Shown one piece after another: positions 8,807-15,090 of a stretch of 33,798 nucleotides of DNA. Origin of the DNA: a virus (taxonomy: Duplodnaviria > Caudoviricetes); the IMG/VR virus record IMGVR_UViG_3300002092_000122, positions 1 to 33,798 of that record; one strand, 5' to 3'. Numbering within the stretch: position 1 is the first letter of the stretch; the number at the start of each line of letters is the position of its first letter. Made by a program: the position numbers and the translations under genes. Under the pieces are notes generated by a model, which saw only the letters and a list, made by a program, of their open reading frames with translations, had not been told where the DNA came from and did no database searches.

Positions 8807-9450
8807 TCCTTTGGTGGCTCTCCACATATTCTTCTAAGCTGTGTTTCTTGCCCATCCCTAGCAGCCCTAGTAGCATCCCAAGCAGCATTAGCAGAAGCAT
8901 CCCTAGCATAATCAGCAGCAGCAACCCTAGCAGCAGCAGCCCCAACAACAACATACCTAGCATCAGCCCAAGCAGCATCAGCAGCACCCATAGCAGCCCC
9001 AACAGCATCAACAGCAGCCCTAGCATAATCAGCAGCAGCAGCATAAGCAGCCCAAGCAGCATCAGCCCAAGCAGAATCAGCATCAGCAGCAGCATAAGTA
9101 GCCCCAACAGCAGCAGCCCAAGCAACAACCCTAGCAGCAGTTAATTCTTCTTGAGTTGCGTTGCCGTTAGCGAATGCCTCAGACACATCCAATGCCTTAA
9201 TGCTTCTCTCGTCTTTCATTAAATGTTGAACCTGACGAGCGCACCAAACTGCAAACAAACGAATCTTTTTATCTTCGTTTTCTACGGCTCTAAGACACCA
9301 CAAAGCACCATCAAGACCATTAGAGTTTAAGATTGTGATGATTGAAAGTGGTTCGTCATCTGCTTTAGTTTTACCTAAATTTGCTAACAACTTTGACCAT
9401 CCTTGAGCGCATGGTGAGTGTTTGCGTATTTGATTTAATGTTGTGTTCAT
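8803..9450 (-). CDS. Ala-rich repeat protein (AAW/AAR/AAD repeats)
   Basis: AAGGAG RBS. Globular N-terminus (SPCAQGW..ALWCLR..RLFAVWCARQV) followed by ~95 aa of degenerate Ala repeats. Confidence 0.85.
   Translation of the reverse strand: MNTTLNQIRKHSPCAQGWSKLLANLGKTKADDEPLSIITILNSNGLDGALWCLRAVENEDKKIRLFAVWCARQVQHLMKDERSIKALDVSEAFANGNATQEELTAARVVAWAAAVGATYAAADADSAWADAAWAAYAAAADYARAAVDAVGAAMGAADAAWADARYVVVGAAAARVAAADYARDASANAAWDATRAARDGQETQLRRICGEPPKE
8855..9140. repeat. degenerate (AGC)n-based coding repeat tract
   Basis: AGC triplet runs, with an exact 23-nt repeat CCCTAGCATAATCAGCAGCAGCA at 8901-8923 and 9018-9040. Confidence 0.9.
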
Positions 9451-9460
9451 TTCACACTCC

Positions 9461-9525
9461 TTAAATTAGTGCCGGATTACCCTAGTAGTTGTCCGGCGGC
9501 AACCCCTAACTACCTAGCTAATTAA
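9461..9525 (-). ncRNA. putative C4/CI-like antisense RNA (three-way junction)
   Basis: Outer stem AAUUAG/CUAAUU, hairpin GGUAG/UUGCC containing UAGUUAGG, and hairpin GCCGGA/UCCGGC with loop CAACUACUAGGGUAA. Complementary to motifs in early-gene leaders. Confidence 0.6.
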
Positions 9526-9886
9526 CGCTAGATTCCCCTAGAGTTGGTGATAACTCAATTCTGACTACACACATACCGCCAACAACAATACAACCTCTGG
9601 CGATCACAATTTTGGTGATTTGCTTATCATCATCGTAAGCAAAACCAATAAACGAATCTAGGACCGGCTTTAAACAGTTATCAATATCCATCAACCGTTT
9701 ATTTTTTGGGTGCAAGACTACATACACCTCAACCGGCTTATCCCGAAAACCCGCAAGTTTACTTTCCAAAAATATATTGGCAACGTCTTTTTTAAACTGC
9801 ACACCCCGTTTACTAACGTATCTCCGGTGTCCACTTGCTATCCAATAGTTATTAACTGAAGGCGGGTAAGGTAGATTGAATACCAT
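9518..9886 (-). CDS. rusA: RusA-family Holliday junction resolvase
   Basis: LPYPPSVNNYW, DIDNCLKPVLD and DDKQI motifs. Confidence 0.9.
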   Translation of the reverse strand: MVFNLPYPPSVNNYWIASGHRRYVSKRGVQFKKDVANIFLESKLAGFRDKPVEVYVVLHPKNKRLMDIDNCLKPVLDSFIGFAYDDDKQITKIVIARGCIVVGGMCVVRIELSPTLGESSVN

Positions 9887-10042
9887 TTAGCATCCAATCG
9901 GCGGGAATATCCCGTCTTTTTCGGTATCCCAACAACACACATTGCCTTCATTGTCTTTTGTGCATTTGGTGTATGCGTAACCATCCAACGTCATAGCGCA
10001 ATACAAAATAATTGCGGCAAGAATTAAGAAAATGATCTTCAA
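9887..10042 (-). CDS. 51-aa signal-peptide-bearing Cys-rich micro-protein
   Basis: TTG start coupled to the SSB stop, GGGGAG RBS. MKIIFLILAAIILYCAMTLDGYA-YTKCTKDNEGNVCCWDTEKDGIFPPIGC exactly fills the gap. Confidence 0.65.
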   Translation of the reverse strand: MKIIFLILAAIILYCAMTLDGYAYTKCTKDNEGNVCCWDTEKDGIFPPIGC

Positions 10043-10314
10043 AATGGAATCTCCCCATCATCTTTTTTGTTGGCTACTTCTTTAGGATATTGCTCATTGC
10101 TTTGTGATGGCGGCTTCCAAGTGTCCTCTGACAAGCTGATTAAACTGCCTTTTGGGGTTTGCTTTGTCCAACCAGATATTTTCAATGTCTGACCGGCTTT
10201 GTAATCCTCAGACAGTAAAAGGGTGCCTTTCCAATCCGGTGATTTTTCGCTTGTCTTGCGATCATTTTGGAAAAGTACGCCTTTCCCCATTTGTGCGATA
10301 TGCCCGTTAGCCAT
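10039..10314 (-). CDS. single-stranded DNA-binding protein-like
   Basis: GVLFQN..KSPDWKG..ISGW core and acidic tail DDGEIPF. True start is likely ATG 10314. Confidence 0.7.
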   Translation of the reverse strand: MANGHIAQMGKGVLFQNDRKTSEKSPDWKGTLLLSEDYKAGQTLKISGWTKQTPKGSLISLSEDTWKPPSQSNEQYPKEVANKKDDGEIPF

Positions 10315-11125
10315 TTGCAATTTCCCTTCTGTGGATTGTGAGTTTGGATAAGAATTTAGCCACCTGATTTCCGTCAAATGTTTTTGTAAGGTTTTCATTC
10401 ACTTCACGAAACGCTTGAATTTTGGCATTTTTTTCCTCGGCGTTCATTTTGGTGGATTCGTGAATTTTGGCGTGCAATTCCGCAAACCCGTCAATCCAAT
10501 CATCCACGCAAACGTAGGTTGCGTAGGGTGCATCCTGATTGGGTACATACATTGGATACATACCATCCGGTATATTTTCGGCAATAGCCGATAAATCAAC
10601 GGCATTGGGAATAACCTTGCCCATTTCTTTTGGTGCCGGTTTTATTGGCTCAAAATCAACCACTTCTTCTGGCGCATACATATTACCCAAACAACCAGGA
10701 TAAACCGTTCTAATCCCTTCGGACAAGCAACGGGCTCTAAGCATGGCTCTCGGATACTTTACCCAACCGGAATTGGGTTTAACCAATCCGATTTTTGTTG
10801 CCTGTTCGATTGTCCATGACAATTCCAACGTGCCGCCATTGGGGTGCGAGAAAACGCCGGTAACGCATTGATCGGTGTATTCCTTCCAATTGATTACACC
10901 TCCGGCGCTTTGAAAGCGGGCTTGCATCGAGGCGGATTTTAATGCCGGTCTGCCTAGAATAATGTCATAGTCCCGTACTGCACTTGCAAACGGCAACCCA
11001 TCGGCTTGTGCCACCAAACCCAACGCAATGACCTGATTAACGTCTTTCATGCCAAACAGGTTTGATTTAACCATTGCTTGCGCCATTTGTTCCATATCCC
11101 CGTAGGGTATTAAATCTTTACTCAT
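10307..11125 (-). CDS. RecT/Red-beta-like single-strand annealing protein
   Basis: IILGRPAL..W.KYPRAMLRARCLSEGIRTVYP..LG.MY.PEE motif, clustered with YqaJ and SSB. Confidence 0.75.
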   Translation of the reverse strand: MSKDLIPYGDMEQMAQAMVKSNLFGMKDVNQVIALGLVAQADGLPFASAVRDYDIILGRPALKSASMQARFQSAGGVINWKEYTDQCVTGVFSHPNGGTLELSWTIEQATKIGLVKPNSGWVKYPRAMLRARCLSEGIRTVYPGCLGNMYAPEEVVDFEPIKPAPKEMGKVIPNAVDLSAIAENIPDGMYPMYVPNQDAPYATYVCVDDWIDGFAELHAKIHESTKMNAEEKNAKIQAFREVNENLTKTFDGNQVAKFLSKLTIHRREIANG

Positions 11126-11208
11126 GTTAATTTCTCCAATAAGGTAATAGTTAGGTCAATAATGCTCGTGATTGCCATAATCCATACTGCTATATCAAGG
11201 TGATTCAT
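11122..11208 (-). CDS. 28-aa hydrophobic micro-ORF MNHLDIAVWIMAITSIIDLTITLLEKLT
   Basis: Fills the gap and is ATGA-coupled to the RecT-like gene. Confidence 0.5.
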   Translation of the reverse strand: MNHLDIAVWIMAITSIIDLTITLLEKLT

Positions 11209-11509
11209 GTAAAACGCCTTCATTGTGGTAACTGTTTCGGCGTACTCGAAACGCAAACAAATCCTCATGTTCGGGGTGGTTTAATGCAAACTTCCTTGCA
11301 TAGTGACTAATCCACCCATCGTCAATCTTAAAATCCCCTTCATCGCCGCCAATCGCCGTTTCCCAACGGATTCTATGAAACACGCTTTTAGCGGAATAAT
11401 GGGTACGCTTGCGACCAACCTCCAATGCAAAATACTCGAACAATTGGTAAATTTTTGGATGCTCTAAATCAAACTTGTCAAAATTCTCCTTGGTCCATTT
11501 ATTTTTCAT
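11195..11509 (-). CDS. hypothetical phage protein
   Basis: 104 aa with FHRIRWET..FKIDD..SHYAR motif. Coupled to neighbours. Confidence 0.7.
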   Translation of the reverse strand: MKNKWTKENFDKFDLEHPKIYQLFEYFALEVGRKRTHYSAKSVFHRIRWETAIGGDEGDFKIDDGWISHYARKFALNHPEHEDLFAFRVRRNSYHNEGVLHESP

Positions 11510-12408
11510 TTGACTAAAAACCTCCGACTGCCTGGTTGTTCGGTCACAAATTGCTGATAAATGTCTGGCATGGCGGATTTAAACAAATCGGCGCTAAACC
11601 GTTTAGATGCCTTGCTACTTTTCCATGTAACTAAGGTGCGCCCATCAACGGTTCTTATTTCTTCCTTCTCTGCCAATAAGTTCCGAATCTGCACTTCAAT
11701 CTGTTCTTCGGTTGCCTCCAAATCCTTGATATTATTCTTGATAGCCCGTAGATGAGAGATAGCTTGCTCAATTTGTAATGTAGCCGTAATGACCCCATTA
11801 ACGGATTGTGGGTATATGAGTTTTGTTTGCTCAATCGTTTCTGCCGGTGGCAAAGTACCCGCCTTGCAAAACCCCCAAACTGCCGCCATTTTTTTAATGA
11901 GTTCATCCTTTTCCGCCTCACTTACTTCAAATTTGAACGTATGAAATTCCTGACCTCCAAATAACACACCCAAATAAACAGTATTAACATTGTGGACAGT
12001 AGCCTCGTGTACGACTTGGGCGTAATCAGCATCAGGAATCCGGTTGCTATCGGTATCAAACTTATTGCGTACTGCACTAGAGTAGTTTTTTGTTTCGACA
12101 AGAATAGAGCCATCAGCACTAATGAAATCAAAATGAGAACGCATCCATTCGTGTTTGGGGTGAGTAAGGGCATAATCCGCCTCCTTCAATTCCACTTGCA
12201 ATTTATTCGCTGATAACCTTCCTAAGACCGGTTGCATGACATGGCCCATTTGCACCGCCTCGACCTCCGACAAATCCTCCAACGGTTTTTTACCCTGTTT
12301 TTCTAGGATAACATCAACCATTTTGCCGTTAGCTACTTTTCGACTGTCACCAGACCAGATAGCACTATTACGAACACTAGGTTCAAAATCATCACGATCA
12401 TTCGCCAT
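11506..12408 (-). CDS. YqaJ-like viral recombinase exonuclease (lambda-exonuclease family)
   Basis: R..AIWSGD, GHVMQP, HPKHEWMRSHFD, LVETKN, YAQVVHE and terminal SRRFLVK. Confidence 0.85.
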   Translation of the reverse strand: MANDRDDFEPSVRNSAIWSGDSRKVANGKMVDVILEKQGKKPLEDLSEVEAVQMGHVMQPVLGRLSANKLQVELKEADYALTHPKHEWMRSHFDFISADGSILVETKNYSSAVRNKFDTDSNRIPDADYAQVVHEATVHNVNTVYLGVLFGGQEFHTFKFEVSEAEKDELIKKMAAVWGFCKAGTLPPAETIEQTKLIYPQSVNGVITATLQIEQAISHLRAIKNNIKDLEATEEQIEVQIRNLLAEKEEIRTVDGRTLVTWKSSKASKRFSADLFKSAMPDIYQQFVTEQPGSRRFLVK

Positions 12409-12730
12409 CTGTAACCTCCATCAATGATTTAATAATTTCCCGATACGTGGTGATCTTTTCTTCCAACGTTTCATTTTCATTTGCTAGAAAAACATTCTCG
12501 CTTTTGGCATCTTTTAATTGCTCGGTCAATTCATCCACTCTTTGCTGAAATTCGTTAATGCCTTTGGAAAGATCGTCAATTTTCTTTTCGCTTGCCTCAT
12601 ATAGTTTTTCAAGAGCAATTAAATTGTGATTGATATTAACAATCTCATTAAAATGAGAATTGTTTATTCTTTTTGATTCTTTTAATTGCTCACGCAATTT
12701 TTCAATCGGGGTTAATTTTTTAGTTGCCAT
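12398..12730 (-). CDS. coiled-coil hypothetical protein
   Basis: Heptad pattern throughout. Likely start is ATG 12730. Confidence 0.65.
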   Translation of the reverse strand: MATKKLTPIEKLREQLKESKRINNSHFNEIVNINHNLIALEKLYEASEKKIDDLSKGINEFQQRVDELTEQLKDAKSENVFLANENETLEEKITTYREIIKSLMEVTDGE

Positions 12731-13019
12731 GATTAGCCCCAAATGGAATTTTTGAAAGATCGTCTAAATCTTCGGATTCTTTAGGTTCAAACCATTTAGC
12801 ATCTTTTCCGCATCCGGTTAGGTCCAGAGTACGGGCTAAACCGGCACTAATGGCAACCGGAATACCATTGACCATATCCATTGGGCGTAATGGTGATAAA
12901 CAGTTATCTACAACAGATTGATAATGGTGGGTTGATGTTGCCCCTATATTTACTTTACTTTCGTACTTTTGAAAGTGTTTGCAATTTACGCAAAACTTTA
13001 ATGGGGTTTGTTCTGACAT
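12720..13019 (-). CDS. Cys-containing hypothetical protein with acidic IPF motif
   Basis: FCVNCKHF..C..CGKDAKWFEPK. AAGGAG RBS. Confidence 0.75.
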   Translation of the reverse strand: MSEQTPLKFCVNCKHFQKYESKVNIGATSTHHYQSVVDNCLSPLRPMDMVNGIPVAISAGLARTLDLTGCGKDAKWFEPKESEDLDDLSKIPFGANHGN

Positions 13020-13063
13020 ATTGATACTCCTTTTGATAGTTAGGTTTGTTACTGCTAGATACC

Positions 13064-13092
13064 ACTTTACTACATTATATTGATTAGTGCAA
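13064..13092 (-). promoter_or_regulatory. sigma70-type early promoter
   Basis: TTGCAC-17-TAAAGT, immediately upstream of a TAGCAGTA..CCTAACTA leader. Confidence 0.6.
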
Positions 13093-13093
13093 T

Positions 13094-13246
13094 TTATTTA
13101 TTAGTTGTTGTATTTTTGCTATTTTCAAAAATAACCTGGTTGTGTTCATTAACGTGATACGGCTTACCCGTTTCTTTAGCCTGGATTAAACGCCTCTGTT
13201 CAAATATCCTAAACATTTCATACATTTTTTCCTGGTCTTGATTCAT
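13094..13246 (-). CDS. 50-aa hypothetical protein MNQDQEKMYEMFRIFEQRR...
   Basis: Translated by hand. ATGA-coupled to the DUF551 gene. Confidence 0.55.
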   Translation of the reverse strand: MNQDQEKMYEMFRIFEQRRLIQAKETGKPYHVNEHNQVIFENSKNTTTNK

Positions 13247-13515
13247 TCTTTATCTCTTTCGTCATAAAAACATTGTTCGTCTGCTTCTGCCAAAGTAATT
13301 GGCTCTTGAAGGTTATTTATTTCTTCCTTTGGTGGTTCAGGTAGTGGCATCCAATGGGTTACTTTGCATTGACCAAGAACGGGATATAACCAAGGACTTG
13401 CAAAAGTATTGTGAAACATATACTGCCCCATCACAATGTTCCTATCTTGCGTATAAAGTATTACTTCTGTATAGGCTTCAGGCAACCTACTCTTAACGCT
13501 GATCCAATTATTCAT
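13243..13515 (-). CDS. DUF551-family protein
   Basis: WISVKSRLPE...VTHWMPLPEPP signature. Confidence 0.9.
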   Translation of the reverse strand: MNNWISVKSRLPEAYTEVILYTQDRNIVMGQYMFHNTFASPWLYPVLGQCKVTHWMPLPEPPKEEINNLQEPITLAEADEQCFYDERDKE

Positions 13516-13587
13516 TTAGTACCTCCGTAGTTAGGGTTTTACTACTATACATCTAATCATACTACTCTATTAAAAAAAAGAAAATAC

Positions 13588-13776
13588 TTATTTAAAATCT
13601 TTTTTCATAAATTCAATAATTGCATGTACTACTTTTCCATAACCTTTACCGCTTTCTTTTAATTTGATCTTATCCCTAAAAACTTCCATTTTGTTATTGT
13701 GTCCATAAGCAATATGACCCGTATCAAAAAACCATGTTTTATGCTGACCTATTTGTTTAAAGGATATTACTTTCAT
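13588..13776 (-). CDS. hypothetical protein
   Basis: 62 aa, AAGGGGG RBS. Confidence 0.6.
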   Translation of the reverse strand: MKVISFKQIGQHKTWFFDTGHIAYGHNNKMEVFRDKIKLKESGKGYGKVVHAIIEFMKKDFK

Positions 13777-13789
13777 ATTGACCCCCTTA

Positions 13790-14170
13790 TATAGATTTAA
13801 TATTTTTCACCCAAAGACCCCCCTACCCCACAAATGGAATAGAGAGGGATAGGTTCTCACCCCCGTAAACGGGATAGTCATGCTACGGATTGATTACCGT
13901 ATGCCCCTAGTCTTGACTATGCGACCAGACCGCCGGATTATTCAGGAATTGCACCCTAGCTAGAATCAGCATACCGGCTACCCTTTTCTCCCACGCCATG
14001 AGGTTTACATGCTTATTATCGTATGGGGTACGATTGGGGGCTTAAGCAATAAAAAAAGGGCTTTAAGGATAGCTTTTGCTGAAACGGCTTACGAAATGCC
14101 TCTGATCTCATTTCATAAACCCAAAAACCATCCTTAAAACCCTTAATCGAGTGTTTCAGTCCTCAATAGC
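13790..14170 (-). ncRNA. putative ~380-nt structured RNA / leader
   Basis: No ORF of 60 aa or more. A 36-bp hairpin whose only non-Watson-Crick pairs are G-U on the - strand, several further stems, and an upstream promoter. Confidence 0.6.
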
Positions 14171-14173
14171 CAA

Positions 14174-14204
14174 ATTGTAATCGAAAACAATATAGGTTTG
14201 TCAA
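14174..14204 (-). promoter_or_regulatory. sigma70-type promoter for the structured RNA
   Basis: TTGACA-19-TACAAT (spacer longer than optimal). Confidence 0.5.
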
Positions 14205-14218
14205 TACTTTTTTAAAAT

Positions 14219-14243
14219 AAAAAAATAGCCCCTAGAAGGGGCT
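14219..14243 (-). terminator. intrinsic terminator
   Basis: AGCCCCT/AGGGGCT stem followed by a T run on the - strand, downstream of the first early genes. Confidence 0.75.
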
Positions 14244-14279
14244 TAAAAGGATTGGGTTACTTACCCCTTACCCAATGGG

Positions 14280-14372
14280 TTAAATTGCCATAGCGAGCCA
14301 AATAAGGGCAATTAGGGCAAACATGGAGAGAATCATTAAAAGTTTATCAAGTGGACTATCTTCTTTATACAT
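14280..14372 (-). CDS. 30-aa single-TM micro-protein MYKEDSPLDKLLMILSMFALIALIWLAMAI
   Basis: Translated by hand. GGGGAA RBS. Confidence 0.55.
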   Translation of the reverse strand: MYKEDSPLDKLLMILSMFALIALIWLAMAI

Positions 14373-14373
14373 A

Positions 14374-14565
14374 TCATTCCCCTAAGTGAATTTCATTAAC
14401 CAGAGCCTTAGCATGTACTTTTGCATCATTCAAGTTATCCCCTTTTAAGAGAATCTCATCCCCTCGAAAAAAGAGAAAAAACCCTTTTAAATGATCGTCA
14501 AATGTAACCGTACTAGGGATAGAATCAATGGCGCTTAATTCCGCTTGTTTGTAGTCTAGTGGCAT
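14374..14565 (-). CDS. hypothetical early protein
   Basis: 63 aa, tightly packed in the operon. Confidence 0.6.
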   Translation of the reverse strand: MPLDYKQAELSAIDSIPSTVTFDDHLKGFFLFFRGDEILLKGDNLNDAKVHAKALVNEIHLGE

Positions 14566-14567
14566 GA

Positions 14568-14795
14568 TTAACCCTTTTTAGCCATGTAAGCACAATAATG
14601 GATATACGCCCATTTATTTAAAAAATCACTAATATCCTGACCAATTTTTAATTGGTTTGTTTCCATAACAAAATTGGAGGATGCCGGACAAAAGTGCAAA
14701 TAATCAGTTTGAAAGCCGTCAGTAACGCACCAACCCGTATTATTTTTTCCTACTTGTAACCCGTTAGAAAATTGCTTAATCGTTTTCATAAACAA
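14568..14795 (-). CDS. hypothetical early protein
   Basis: 75 aa, tightly packed in the operon. Confidence 0.6.
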   Translation of the reverse strand: MFMKTIKQFSNGLQVGKNNTGWCVTDGFQTDYLHFCPASSNFVMETNQLKIGQDISDFLNKWAYIHYCAYMAKKG

Positions 14796-15004
14796 TACCT
14801 AACATTAACGCCAGCTTGTTTTTTGTAACCATTCCAGGCGGAATTTGCTCTAAAATTTGCAATTCTATAAACTTTTTTCCAATCTTGTATTTTTTCTTCC
14901 TGACAAAAATCATAAATAGCCCTTTTCTCATCTCCACAAAAATCCCTTGTATTGATAATTAGTTCTACGGCATTTTCAATAACTTTTTTCGATATATAAC
15001 TCAT
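14786..15004 (-). CDS. hypothetical early protein
   Basis: 72 aa, GGAGG RBS. Confidence 0.65.
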   Translation of the reverse strand: MSYISKKVIENAVELIINTRDFCGDEKRAIYDFCQEEKIQDWKKVYRIANFRANSAWNGYKKQAGVNVRYCL

Positions 15005-15036
15005 AAAATCCTCCGATTAGTTAGGTTAAGACTTGC

Positions 15037-15090
15037 ACAATGCAATCCCTATAAATCACTCACTAGGAATGATCTATAAGACGGCATTGT
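15037..15090 (-). other. long intergenic RNA hairpin (RNase III site-like)
   Basis: ACAAUGC/GCAUUGU plus a 15-bp UCUUAUAGAUCAUUC/GAGUGAUUUAUAGGG stem with G-U pairs. No U-tract. Confidence 0.55.

Noticed and set aside
8855-9140. CRISPR array or DGR template/variable repeat
   Set aside because: No constant repeat-spacer period, no reverse transcriptase, and no adenine-specific paired repeat.
8787-9144. Leu/Met-rich (-) and Ser-rich (+) ORFs over the repeat
   Set aside because: Shadow frames of the (GCT)n tract. Only the Ala frame has an RBS and a globular N-terminus.
10315-10398. N-terminal extension of the SSB-like ORF
   Set aside because: Lies within the RecT-like gene. ATG 10314 is more plausible.
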